From: Gemmatimonadota bacterium | Lineage (GTDB): Bacteria > Gemmatimonadota > Gemmatimonadetes > Gemmatimonadales > GWC2-71-9 | Length of the DNA stretch: 64,000 bases | Direction: 5' to 3' | Assembly: GCA_009692185.1 (NCBI GenBank) | Contig: SHZT01000001.1 | Span: 205,247 to 269,246 of the forward strand | Shown here: piece by piece, positions 27,358 through 36,514 of the stretch | How the letters are laid out: each line of letters starts with the position of its first letter | Position numbering within the stretch: position 1 is the first letter of the stretch | Position numbers and translations under genes: made by a program | The notes under the pieces: model-generated | The model's input: only the letters and a program-made list of their open reading frames with translations | Database searches by the model: none | Told to the model about the DNA's origin: nothing

Positions 27358-28224
27358 TCAGGGCTTCATGACGTGGGCGCTGGCGACCGAAACGACGACG
27401 CGATCCTTCCCGGCGGCCTTCGCCAAATACATCATGGCATCGGCCTGCCGGATCAGTTCGGCGATATCCATGGGCGGCTCCAGGAACGACACCGCCCCGA
27501 TGCTCACGGTGACCCGGCCGGGAGCGGGCCCCAAGGCATCGGACAGTGACAGGCGCAGGCGCTCGAGAAGGGTACGGGCCCCGTCGGGGCCAGTTTCGGG
27601 CAGCAGTACCAGGAACTCGTCTCCTCCCACCCGGGCCGGGATGTCACCCGTGCGGATGGTGCGCCGAATGAGGTCCGCGGTGGCCCGGAGCATGTCGTCG
27701 CCACGGTGGTGGCCCAGCGTGTCGTTGACCACCTTGAAGTTGTCGAGGTCTATGTAGGCCAGCGTGACGGGATGGTGGTGGCGGCGGCCGAGGGCGAGGA
27801 TGCGGCCGGCCTCCTCGGAGAAGGCCCGCGCATTGATCAACAGTGTCAGGTGATCCGTCCGGCCCGCGTCCTCGGCATGCAGCAGGGCATCACGCACGGC
27901 GGCGAACAGCACGGCAACGACCGCGAAGGACACGAATTGCATGCCGAAGTTGATGAACCAGACCCACTCACCGGAGTAGAGGAGACCCGCCCAGTAGTTA
28001 GAGCTGATCCAGGCGACCGCGCAGAGGGCCGCGCCGCCAAGCCCCCAGGCCCGGCCGAGGTGCCACGCCAACAGGGACAGGGGCACATAGTACAGGGGAA
28101 GGACCCGGTACTCGGTACCCGAGTAGTAGTCCACCAGCCCGATGAGCGCGATGCCGACAGTCGAAACCGCCACGACGCGTGGCGCGGGCATGGTGTTGGG
28201 GTTAGTCAGCCAACGGGGGCTCAT
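27358..28224 (-). CDS. Diguanylate cyclase (GGDEF) with N-terminal integral-membrane sensor region
   Basis: Intact GGDEF and an RxxD I-site (RTGD) 5 residues upstream; DLDNFKVVND; 4-5 N-terminal TM segments. ATG at 28224. Confidence 0.85.
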   Translation of the reverse strand: MSPRWLTNPNTMPAPRVVAVSTVGIALIGLVDYYSGTEYRVLPLYYVPLSLLAWHLGRAWGLGGAALCAVAWISSNYWAGLLYSGEWVWFINFGMQFVSFAVVAVLFAAVRDALLHAEDAGRTDHLTLLINARAFSEEAGRILALGRRHHHPVTLAYIDLDNFKVVNDTLGHHRGDDMLRATADLIRRTIRTGDIPARVGGDEFLVLLPETGPDGARTLLERLRLSLSDALGPAPGRVTVSIGAVSFLEPPMDIAELIRQADAMMYLAKAAGKDRVVVSVASAHVMKP

Positions 28225-28235
28225 ATATGGTGCGC

Positions 28236-29111
28236 CTAAGGTGCCGACCGAGCGGCAAAGGGCGCAAGGAGGGGGCGCTCCGCACGCCGCGACACCAGCC
28301 AAACGCCGACGAACAGCGCCGGCGCGGCAACGAGCATCGCGCGAGTTGGCGTTTCGCCGAACGCCCCCCAGCTCACCAGCCCGGTAATCAGCGGCTGGGC
28401 ATAAATGTAGATCGTCGTGGTAGACGCCTCGAGCCGGGACAGGGCAAACATGTTGCACAGGTACGCGATTACGGTTGGGAACACGACGATGTACGCCAGG
28501 GCCCACCACACCGCCGCGTGGCCAAGAGCGGGAACGACCTGCTGACCCCACGCGAACCACGGCACGAATGGGAGGGAGAAGACGTACACCCACGCGATCA
28601 CCGCGGCCGGCGGGTACCGGACGAGCAGCGGCTTGGAGACAATGAAGTACAACGAGTACGAGAACGCGCCGGCGGCGATCAGAAGATTACCCAGCCCGTA
28701 GCGACCGAGGGTGGTGAATCCGCCATTCAGGACCAGCGGCACGATGCCCGCAAACGCCACAAGGACGCCGGTCAGCCGGACGCCGTTGAACCGCTCGAGG
28801 CCGAAGACGGCGGCGAGGGTGAACGTGAACACGGGAATCAGGCACGTCATGAGCACGGCGTTCACGGGGGTCGAGCGTGCGAGGCCTTCAAGGAACAGCG
28901 CCTGGTTGAACGCCCCACCCAACCAGGAGGCCATGACGAAGCGGAGGAGATCTTCCCGGGCGGGCAAGGCCGTCCACGCCCGCCGGGCGAGCATGATCGG
29001 CACCAGGATGGCCGCACCGAGGCCCAGTCGCCATGCGCTCAGGCCGAGCGGGCTGAAGCCGCCCGGCTGGAAGACGACCGGCCCGAGGACGGGGGTGAGG
29101 GCAAACGCCAC
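28236..29111 (-). CDS. EamA/DMT-family transporter
   Basis: 10-TM protein with duplicated EamA-like halves; 291 aa. Confidence 0.8.
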   Translation of the reverse strand: MAFALTPVLGPVVFQPGGFSPLGLSAWRLGLGAAILVPIMLARRAWTALPAREDLLRFVMASWLGGAFNQALFLEGLARSTPVNAVLMTCLIPVFTFTLAAVFGLERFNGVRLTGVLVAFAGIVPLVLNGGFTTLGRYGLGNLLIAAGAFSYSLYFIVSKPLLVRYPPAAVIAWVYVFSLPFVPWFAWGQQVVPALGHAAVWWALAYIVVFPTVIAYLCNMFALSRLEASTTTIYIYAQPLITGLVSWGAFGETPTRAMLVAAPALFVGVWLVSRRAERPLLAPFAARSAP

Positions 29112-29158
29112 CTGGGCGCCGGCCAGCGCCAGGTGCGCAGGAAGGAGACGGGGCCGGG

Positions 29159-29512
29159 CTACCGCGCCAGGTACGGCCAGAACACCAACCAGCCGACGAC
29201 CGCGGCGCCCACGGCCATCAACAAGACCCCCCCGGCGGCAACGTCCTTTGCCACCGCGACCAGCGGATGCGGTTGGGGGACGCTGGCGTCACTCAGGTTC
29301 TCGACGGCGGTGTTGAGCGCCTCGGCGCACCACACACCGGCCATGGTGAGCACCAGGGCAACCCACTCCATGCGCGAGACCGAATAGAACAAGCCGGCCC
29401 CGATGACCACGATCGTGGCCAGCAGGTGAATACGGGCATTGGCCTGGGTGCGCAGCAGCGTCCACACCCCCCGCGACGCGAAGCCTACGCTCCTGATGAA
29501 AGCGGAAATCAT
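29159..29512 (-). CDS. dgkA: Diacylglycerol kinase (prokaryotic DgkA family)
   Basis: 117 aa, 3 TM, motifs AEALNTAVE and AKDVAAGGVLL. Confidence 0.85.
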   Translation of the reverse strand: MISAFIRSVGFASRGVWTLLRTQANARIHLLATIVVIGAGLFYSVSRMEWVALVLTMAGVWCAEALNTAVENLSDASVPQPHPLVAVAKDVAAGGVLLMAVGAAVVGWLVFWPYLAR

Positions 29513-29530
29513 GACGCCAAGATAGCGGGT

Positions 29531-29848
29531 TCAGCCATCGCCGCCGCCGCCCCCACCGTCTCCCCCGCCCCCACCATCTCCGCCGCCGCCACCATCGCTC
29601 CCTCCAGCATCGCCGGTTCCGCCATCCGCGCCTGCACCATCGCTTCCCCCATCATGCCCTCCCGCATCATGGCTATGGTGACCATCGCCATGATGATGAC
29701 CGTGATGATGCCCGGAAGTGCTCGTGTCGAAATCCCCGGTGGAGTCTCCGGTTCCCCCGCGCCGGCGACGAGGCACCGCGCTCCCGAATACTGTTACGAG
29801 CACGCCGATCGACAGCATGACAACAACGATGACGAATAGCGTCGCCAT
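29531..29848 (-). CDS. Small membrane-anchored His/Gly/Asp-rich low-complexity protein
   Basis: N-terminal TM (ATLFVIVVVMLSIGVLVTVFG), RRRR, then GHHHGHHHGDGHHSHDAGGHDGG followed by (D/G)n. A GGAAGGG RBS-like stretch lies upstream. Confidence 0.5.
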   Translation of the reverse strand: MATLFVIVVVMLSIGVLVTVFGSAVPRRRRGGTGDSTGDFDTSTSGHHHGHHHGDGHHSHDAGGHDGGSDGAGADGGTGDAGGSDGGGGGDGGGGGDGGGGGGDG

Positions 29849-29860
29849 GAGCCCTTCCGG

Positions 29861-30307
29861 TTACCTGAGCGCGGCGAGTCCCGCCGCGTCCATCTCGATG
29901 ATCGTGGGCGGGTCGGTGCGGGAGTCGCTGTAGCGCAACCACAGCGGACGCACGCGAAGATGCATGATCCCCTTCACCCCCAGCCGATCCCGGCCATCGG
30001 GGAACTTCCGGAAATAGAGCTCCTCGACCACGCGCATATCCGAGCTCCGCAGGCGCTCGGCCAGGCCCTCGCACTGCACTGTCTGCTCCTCGCCATCCCG
30101 CACGCCGCCGATCACCAGGGCGATGCGGGAGTCCGCGGCGAGGTTCTTCGCCTTGCGTGACGTATCCACCGTGTCGAACACAATGGCGAAGTCGTCGGCC
30201 ACCGCGATCCCGACCACGGCGGCCTGCACCCCGGCCTCGGCGGAGACCGACGCCTGCACGGCATAGCGCTGGCTCCGCAGGAACGCCAGGAGTTCCGCGC
30301 GCGTCAC
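29861..30307 (-). CDS. Pyridoxamine 5'-phosphate oxidase-family (FMN-binding split-barrel) protein
   Basis: GTG start in a GTGA overlap with the upstream gene; typical LAFLRSQRYAVQASV...ALVIGG pattern; 148 aa. Confidence 0.65.
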   Translation of the reverse strand: MTRAELLAFLRSQRYAVQASVSAEAGVQAAVVGIAVADDFAIVFDTVDTSRKAKNLAADSRIALVIGGVRDGEEQTVQCEGLAERLRSSDMRVVEELYFRKFPDGRDRLGVKGIMHLRVRPLWLRYSDSRTDPPTIIEMDAAGLAALR

Positions 30308-30969
30308 CTTGCAGCCAAGGCGTTGATGTCCGGGTTCTCGAGCACGCGTTTGGCATACCCCTTCGTAGTGAGCGCAATCATGGCCCGGCCCACGTTCTCC
30401 GTCGTCGTGACGTGGCGGGGCAACATGACCCTCAACAGCGGATAGAGCGGCCCCATCACGTTGTAGAACGCCTGATACCACGCCGTCTTGGAGCGGACAC
30501 CCTTCCGTGGCTGAATAAACCCCGGCCGCAGCATGTACGCCTTGAGTAGCATGCCGATGAGATGGTTCTCGGTCTTGCCCTTCACGCGAGCCCACATGCT
30601 GCGCCCACGTTCCGTGCTGTCGGCACCCTCGCCGGATATGTAGCAGAACGTGAGACCGGGATTCACGGACCCCAGGGCCTCGGCCGTCGCCACGGTCAAG
30701 TCGAACGTCACCCGGTGGTAGTCCGCCTCCTTCATGCCGACCGCGGACACGCCGAGGCAGAAGAAACAGGCATCGTAATCCCTGAAATCCGCGGTTGCCT
30801 CGCGATAATCCAGGAAGCCGGAGCGGAGCAGCTCCTGGACCTTGGGATGGACGACCCCACAGGGCTTCCGGCCGACGACGAGAACGGAGGACACCCGCGG
30901 ATCCTCGATGCATTCGATGAGCGCGCCGCCGCCGATCATGCCGGTCGCACCGAAGATGATGACCTTCAC
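30304..30969 (-). CDS. NAD(P)H-binding atypical SDR (NmrA/epimerase-like)
   Basis: GTG start preceded by GGAGAA; VIIFGATGMIGGG Rossmann motif; 221 aa. Confidence 0.75.
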   Translation of the reverse strand: MKVIIFGATGMIGGGALIECIEDPRVSSVLVVGRKPCGVVHPKVQELLRSGFLDYREATADFRDYDACFFCLGVSAVGMKEADYHRVTFDLTVATAEALGSVNPGLTFCYISGEGADSTERGRSMWARVKGKTENHLIGMLLKAYMLRPGFIQPRKGVRSKTAWYQAFYNVMGPLYPLLRVMLPRHVTTTENVGRAMIALTTKGYAKRVLENPDINALAAR

Positions 30970-30984
30970 GGCTGTTTCTCCTGG

Positions 30985-31062
30985 GGGAACGCGGAGGCCG
31001 GAAGTGCGAACGCGGAAGTGGAGACCTTCCCCACTTCCGCGTTCCGACTTCCGGCCTCGTTC
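30985..31062. repeat. 78-bp imperfect palindrome with internally repetitive arms (GAACGCGGA / GGAAGTG units); probable terminator after the LVIVD gene
   Basis: Left arm GAACGCGGAGGCCGGAAGTGCGAACGCGGAAGTGG. Right arm CCACTTCCGCGTTCCGACTTCCGGCCTCGTTC, which overlaps the stop codon at 31061. Confidence 0.6.
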
Positions 31063-33094
31063 AGCTAATGCTGCGCGAGCACCCGACCGGGTTCTGCGCG
31101 CCAACCAGGTCCGTCACGGCGCCGGCCAGCTTCCGGACCTTGGGCGCATCCATGGCCGTCATGGCATCGGCATTCAGTTCACCCGCCAGGGCCGTCAGCG
31201 CCGTACGGCGCGCGTCCCCGGAAGCGGCCTCCGCACGGGCCAGCGCGGCACGGGCCGACGAGATCCGCCCGGCGCCGAGGCCGTTCGACCGCTGGAGCTG
31301 GTCGAGATACGAGCAGGCCAGCGCAAAGCTCGGAGGCCAGACCAGCTTGGGCTGGCCCTGGGGATTGAAATAGGGCAGGACGACGGACTTTGCCGCGATC
31401 AGCTCGTTCTCCGAGATGAACTCGCTGGGCGTCAACTCGACCACGTCGAACCCGCGGGCGATCTCCGAGCTGTACATGTTCCCGTTGTACCAGTACGCGG
31501 ACCACGAGCCGCCCGAAACCAGGCGCGTGGAATCCACCGGTCCGCGATCGAAGTACGCGATTTCCTTCACCTGATCCGGATCGGTCCAGTCGAACACCGA
31601 GATGCCGCCCTGGTACCACCCCTGGATCATCACGTCACGGCCGGGAATCGGAATCAGCGAGCCGTTGTGCGCCACGCAATTCTCGAACGCCGTCTGGGCG
31701 GCCGCGATCTTGTAGTAGCTGCGAAACTTGAGCTGGTTGCCGTTCTCGATCGAGAAGATCGCGTTCGCGCCCCATTCCTTCGGGTCATCCGCGCGGCACT
31801 TGGGAGTCGAACCGCCGCCCCACTCGTCCGACCACAGGATCTTGGTGCCGTCGTTGTTGAAGGTGACCGAATGCCACGCGGTCATGTTCGTGGTATCGGT
31901 CGCGGCGGTGATGCGCTTGGGGTTGATCGGGTCGCGAATGTCCAGCAGGATGCCGTACCCCTGGCACGCGCCGCCACCGATACCGGCCTCAGGGTACAGC
32001 GTGATGTCATGGCACTGGTTGGGGCCGGTCGGCCGGCCTCCGCCACCCCCGCCGGGGCCGCCCACCGCGATCGTCATGCGGGGAATGGCCGCCCGGAGCG
32101 CCACGCTGTCCGCGCGGGTACGGGTACCCGCGCCACCGCGGGCCGTGGCGATGCTGTCCAGCAGGCGGTTGGCCACCTGGCCCGGCATGACCTGTTCACG
32201 GCCACCAACTGTCATGACGAAGCCGTTCCCGGCCTTGGCGCCGGCGAGCGCAAGTTGCGCGGCCAGGATGTCGGCCGGCGCATCACCGTGCCGGGGGCCC
32301 GCCGGGCCCATGTTCTCGAAAATGCGGGCTCCGTTCGCGATCGCGGCCGCGGCCGGATTGGCCAGCGGTATGCGGATGATCTCGACGCGGAACTGCGCCG
32401 TGGCCGGGTTCGAGTCCGTGGTCCCGCCGGTGCAGCCGGAGAGCTCGTTGGGCGACCGGACACCGGACGAACCCGACACATAGATGTAGACGTTGTCCCT
32501 GTCCTTCGGGTCCACCAGCACCGTGTGTGTGTGCGAGCCACGGCAGGTCTGGACGCTGGTGATGTACTTGGGGTTCCGGATGTCCGTGATGTCGAAGATG
32601 CGGATGCCGCGCATGCGCTCGGCGCTCACGGAATCCGTGACGCCCTGGATGCCGCAGTCGAGCCGGGCACTCGGGGCTTCGGCGGACATGAACAGCAGCT
32701 GCTGCTTGTAGACCGACACGTCGTTCTGGGACGCCGGGCATACAAAGGACGACACCAGCGTCGGGGACGAGGGATTCGACAGGTCGTAAATCAGGAAGCC
32801 GTGGTAGTTACCCTGCACCGCGTATTTCCCGGTGAACGCGAGGTCCGAGTTGGTGGCGCTGTTGAATCCCGCGCCGGAATTCGCCTTCGGCGCGGAGCTC
32901 AGAAGCCGCGCGTTCCAGATGGCCTCGCCGGCGGTCGACTGGCCGGCCTTGAGACCCACGCGCGGGTCAGCGGCCGCGGTCGGCGCGGGCTGGGCGGGGG
33001 CCGGTGCGGGGCTGGCACTCTGCGAGACAGAACTGGAGTGCGAACAAGCCGCAAGCGCGGCCAGGACGACCACCAGGAAACTCCGGGACGTCAT
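31061..33094 (-). CDS. LVIVD-repeat beta-propeller lipoprotein (COG5276-like), paralogue 1
   Basis: Lipobox LAACS. Repeated propeller segments (YAVQGNYHGFLIYDLSNP, CRGSHTHT, CHDITLYPE, WYQGGISVFDW). Helical C-terminal domain. Confidence 0.75.
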   Translation of the reverse strand: MTSRSFLVVVLAALAACSHSSSVSQSASPAPAPAQPAPTAAADPRVGLKAGQSTAGEAIWNARLLSSAPKANSGAGFNSATNSDLAFTGKYAVQGNYHGFLIYDLSNPSSPTLVSSFVCPASQNDVSVYKQQLLFMSAEAPSARLDCGIQGVTDSVSAERMRGIRIFDITDIRNPKYITSVQTCRGSHTHTVLVDPKDRDNVYIYVSGSSGVRSPNELSGCTGGTTDSNPATAQFRVEIIRIPLANPAAAAIANGARIFENMGPAGPRHGDAPADILAAQLALAGAKAGNGFVMTVGGREQVMPGQVANRLLDSIATARGGAGTRTRADSVALRAAIPRMTIAVGGPGGGGGGRPTGPNQCHDITLYPEAGIGGGACQGYGILLDIRDPINPKRITAATDTTNMTAWHSVTFNNDGTKILWSDEWGGGSTPKCRADDPKEWGANAIFSIENGNQLKFRSYYKIAAAQTAFENCVAHNGSLIPIPGRDVMIQGWYQGGISVFDWTDPDQVKEIAYFDRGPVDSTRLVSGGSWSAYWYNGNMYSSEIARGFDVVELTPSEFISENELIAAKSVVLPYFNPQGQPKLVWPPSFALACSYLDQLQRSNGLGAGRISSARAALARAEAASGDARRTALTALAGELNADAMTAMDAPKVRKLAGAVTDLVGAQNPVGCSRSIS

Positions 33095-33187
33095 GGGGCT
33101 ACCTCGTCAAAGTTGGTCGAAAGTTGGGGGGGGGGCGTAGCGCTTCAACCTACGATTTACGCACCGCCACCGTAAGGTGTTGAAGGG

Positions 33188-33787
33188 TCATGGGGTCGGA
33201 GGCAAGAGGTGGCCGACGGACTGCCAGTTCTTGATAGCCTCGATCGGATAGACGAGCATGATGATGTTGAGCGTCAGGTTGTCGCGCACCAACCAGAGCA
33301 GCACCAGCTCCGTCGCGATGATTCCGGCGACGCTCACCCACAGCTTGAGCCGACGTGCCAGGAGGAACCCCAGGGACATCATGAACACGTCGCTCAAGGA
33401 ATTCAGGATGCTGTCGCCCACGTAGCCAAGCGAAATCGTCACGGCTCGATAGCGGTTGATGATGATCGGCGAGTTCTCCAGAACCTCCCACGCTCCTTCA
33501 AGCACCACCGCGGCAATCAGCCGGTACCGGACGGGGAGCTTTCGGGCGGCGAGCCACAGTATGCCATAGAACAGGAAGCCGTGAATGACGTGCGAGAAGG
33601 AGTAGGGGTCGGCGAACCGCTGGGACTGCTCGCTGCTCCAGATGTCCCCTTCCCACAAACCGAACACGCCGTCGGGCCCGAGCCATGAGCGGCCCATGGA
33701 AAACTCCACCGTTGCGACCGCGGCGCAGACGGCGGCGCACGAGACCAGGACCCATTTGTATCGGGCGAGGAAAAAGGGCAGCGTCAT
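33188..33787 (-). CDS. DUF2585/UPF0314-family membrane protein
   Basis: SEQSQRFADPYSFSHVIHGFLFY and EGAWEVLENSPIIINRYR segments, as I recall for this family. Confidence 0.75.
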   Translation of the reverse strand: MTLPFFLARYKWVLVSCAAVCAAVATVEFSMGRSWLGPDGVFGLWEGDIWSSEQSQRFADPYSFSHVIHGFLFYGILWLAARKLPVRYRLIAAVVLEGAWEVLENSPIIINRYRAVTISLGYVGDSILNSLSDVFMMSLGFLLARRLKLWVSVAGIIATELVLLWLVRDNLTLNIIMLVYPIEAIKNWQSVGHLLPPTP

Positions 33788-33804
33788 GGCGTCATGCCGA
33801 AGAT

Positions 33805-33848
33805 CACAAAACGGCGCGCCGCGGGGAACCGCCCCGCGGTGCGCCGTT
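33805..33848 (-). terminator. Rho-independent terminator after LVIVD paralogue 2
   Basis: Minus strand: AACGGCGCACCGCGGGGC-GGTT-CCCCGCGGCGCGCCGTT followed by TTTGTGATCTT. Confidence 0.6.
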
Positions 33849-33860
33849 CTGTGTCCTCAC

Positions 33861-35876
33861 CTAGCTGATGCTGCGCGAGCACCCAACCGGGTTCTGCGCG
33901 TTCACCAGGTCCGACACCGCGCCGGCCAGCTTCCGGACCTTCGCGGCATCCGTGGCCGTGGCTGCATCGGTATTCAGTTCACCGGCCAGGGCCGTCAGCG
34001 CCGTACGGCGCGCGTCCCCGGAGGCGGCTTCCGCGCGGGCCAAGGCGGCACGGGCACTTGAGATTCTCCCTGCGGCGAGGCCATTCGACCGCTGGAGTTG
34101 GTCGAGGTAGGAACAGGCCAGCGCGAAGCTCGGGGGCCAGACCAGCTTGGGCTGACCCTGGGCATTGAAGTAATCGAAGCGGACCGTGTTGGCCGCCAGG
34201 AGTTCATTCTGTGAGATGTGCTCGCTCGGCGTGAGCTCCATGATGTCGAGCCCGCGCGCGATTTCGGAGCTGATCATGTGGCCGTTGTACCAGTACACTG
34301 ACCACGAGCCGCCAGGGCCCTGGCGCGTCGAGTCCGACGGACCGCGATCGAAGAACGCGATTTCCTTTGGGTTCGCCGCGTCGGTCCAGTCGAACACCGA
34401 GATGCCGCCCTGGTACCACGCCTGCACCATCACGTCCCGGTCGGGAATCGGGATGAGCGAGCCGTTGTGGGCGACGCAGTTCTCCAGCGCGGTCTGTGGC
34501 GCGGAGAGCTTGTAGTAGCTCTTGAAGCTCATCTTGTTGTTGTTTTCGATCGAGAAGATCGCGTCGGCGCCCCATTCCTTCGGGTCGCTGGCGCGGCACT
34601 TGGGCGAGCCACCGCCACCCCATTCATCGGAGAACAGGAGTTTGGTGCCGTCGTTGTTGAACGTCGCGGAGTGCCAGTAGGCGAAGTTCGAGTCGGCTAC
34701 CGCCGCAATACGGATCGGGTTGGTCGGGTCCTTGATGTCCAGCAGGACCCCGTACCCACCGCACGCACCGCCGGCGATTCCCAGCTCCGGGTAGACGGTG
34801 ATGTCATGACACTGGTTCGGGCCGGTGCGGGGAGCGGCGGCCTGCGCGGCCACCTGCGCCGCGACCATGCCGGGGAGCGCCGCCCGCAACGCGGCACTGT
34901 CAACGCCAGACGGAAGTCCGGTACCGCCCCGGGCTTTCATGACGCTGTCGAGCATCGCGGTCACCTGGAACGGCGGAAGTACCTGCTCCAGGCCACCCCT
35001 CGTAACGATGAACCCGCCCGCGGCCTTCGCGCGCGCGACATTGGCAAGGCGGAGCGCCTTGTCGTCCGGCGCCTCGCCGTGGGACGTGATCGGGTTCAAG
35101 CCCATGAGGAAGGGCGAGCGGCTGACGATCGCGGCCGCCGCGGGATTCGCGAGCGGGACCCGAATGATTTCGATCTTGAAGAGCGAAGAGTTCGGGTCCT
35201 TGTCCGGCATCTCCCGCACGCAGCCGGGCATTTCCCTGGGCGAACGGACGCCTGACGAACCGGAGACATAGATGTAGAGGTTCGCCTTGTCCTTCGGATC
35301 CTCGACCAGCGTGTGCGTGTGCGAGCCACGGCAGGTCTGGACGCTGGTGATGTACTTGGGGTTCCGGATGTCGCGGATGTCGAAGATACGGACCCCGCGA
35401 ATCCGGTCAGGACTGACGGAGTCCGCCGGGGTGAACCCCTGCTTGCCGCAGTCGAGCCGGGCATTCGGCGCCTCGGCCGACATGAACAGCAGTTCCTGCT
35501 TGTAGACCGAGATGTCGTTCTGCGACGCCGGGCAGGTCACCGCCGACACGATCACGGGCGCCGCCGGGTTGGCCATGTCCCAGATCTGGAAACCGTTGTA
35601 ATTCCCCTGCACCGCGTACTGGCCGGTGAACGAGATGTCGGAGTTCGTGATGCCATTGAATCCCTCCGGCGACGGCACCTTGGACAGGACACGCATGTTG
35701 GACGTCGCCTCGCCGGCGTCGAACATGCCGGCCTTGAGGCCCACGCGCGGATCTGTGGCCGGTCTGGCGGCCACGGGCGCCGGCGCCGGGCTCGGCGCGG
35801 ATGCCACGGACGAGGACTTGCCGCACGCCGCGACGGACAAAAGGCCAAGCGCCAACAGTTTCAGATCGGATCTCAT
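33861..35876 (-). CDS. LVIVD-repeat beta-propeller lipoprotein, paralogue 2
   Basis: Collinear with 31061..33094 throughout. The C-terminal ~100 aa are nearly identical and the 3' ~300 nt look roughly 85-90% identical by eye. Confidence 0.75.
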   Translation of the reverse strand: MRSDLKLLALGLLSVAACGKSSSVASAPSPAPAPVAARPATDPRVGLKAGMFDAGEATSNMRVLSKVPSPEGFNGITNSDISFTGQYAVQGNYNGFQIWDMANPAAPVIVSAVTCPASQNDISVYKQELLFMSAEAPNARLDCGKQGFTPADSVSPDRIRGVRIFDIRDIRNPKYITSVQTCRGSHTHTLVEDPKDKANLYIYVSGSSGVRSPREMPGCVREMPDKDPNSSLFKIEIIRVPLANPAAAAIVSRSPFLMGLNPITSHGEAPDDKALRLANVARAKAAGGFIVTRGGLEQVLPPFQVTAMLDSVMKARGGTGLPSGVDSAALRAALPGMVAAQVAAQAAAPRTGPNQCHDITVYPELGIAGGACGGYGVLLDIKDPTNPIRIAAVADSNFAYWHSATFNNDGTKLLFSDEWGGGGSPKCRASDPKEWGADAIFSIENNNKMSFKSYYKLSAPQTALENCVAHNGSLIPIPDRDVMVQAWYQGGISVFDWTDAANPKEIAFFDRGPSDSTRQGPGGSWSVYWYNGHMISSEIARGLDIMELTPSEHISQNELLAANTVRFDYFNAQGQPKLVWPPSFALACSYLDQLQRSNGLAAGRISSARAALARAEAASGDARRTALTALAGELNTDAATATDAAKVRKLAGAVSDLVNAQNPVGCSRSIS

Positions 35877-35878
35877 AG

Positions 35879-36514
35879 TTACCTCGAAGGAAGGTTTGCG
35901 AGCATGCCCTGCATGCGCTCGATTTCGGCGCTCTGATCGGCGAAAATGTCGGACGAGAACTTGTAGACCGCGTCATCCTGGGCCGCGCCCGGTGACTCCA
36001 TGAGCGTGTTCACCATGGTGATGGCGCCACCGTGATGCTGGATCATGAACGTCAGGAAGTTCCGGTCGAAGTCCACACCGTGGGACGCCTCCAGGACTTT
36101 CATCTGCTCATCGGTGAGCATGCCGGGCATCATCATGGCGTGCTCGACGCCGTTCATCATCATCTTGGTCGGCATGGGCTTGGCCTCCGTGATGGGCAGG
36201 CCGCGGTCCTTCTCCCACTGCTGAAAAATATTGATCTCGTCGGTCTGGGCGTTCACGATGCGCGCACAAAGGACGCCGACGGACCGGCTCGCACCGTGCG
36301 AGGGCGCCCAGTTGGCCATGATGATGGCCTGGGCGTGATGGCTGATCATGCCGGAGACGAAGTCGATGTCGCCCCGGGTAATGGGATAGCGCCCCGGGTA
36401 GTCCGACGTTCCCGCGACCAGCTTTCGCCCGGCCTGGGCGTGCACGGGCAGTGTGGCGGCCAGCGCGAGCGCGGCGGCCAGGACAAATCGGACGGACAGT
36501 CTTGATTCGCGCAT
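35879..36514 (-). CDS. DUF305-family (ferritin-like four-helix) secreted protein
   Basis: Signal peptide, then two repeats with MISHHAQAI and MIQHHGGAI plus D..F....I.HH.GA motifs. Confidence 0.8.
   Translation of the reverse strand: MRESRLSVRFVLAAALALAATLPVHAQAGRKLVAGTSDYPGRYPITRGDIDFVSGMISHHAQAIIMANWAPSHGASRSVGVLCARIVNAQTDEINIFQQWEKDRGLPITEAKPMPTKMMMNGVEHAMMMPGMLTDEQMKVLEASHGVDFDRNFLTFMIQHHGGAITMVNTLMESPGAAQDDAVYKFSSDIFADQSAEIERMQGMLANLPSR

Noticed and set aside
29509-29691. Met/Ala-rich 60-aa ORF and the plus-strand Met-rich frame overlapping the His-rich gene
   Set aside because: These are products of the same low-complexity GGC/GAC/CAT repeats read in other frames. Only the His-rich frame has a TM start and an RBS-like sequence.
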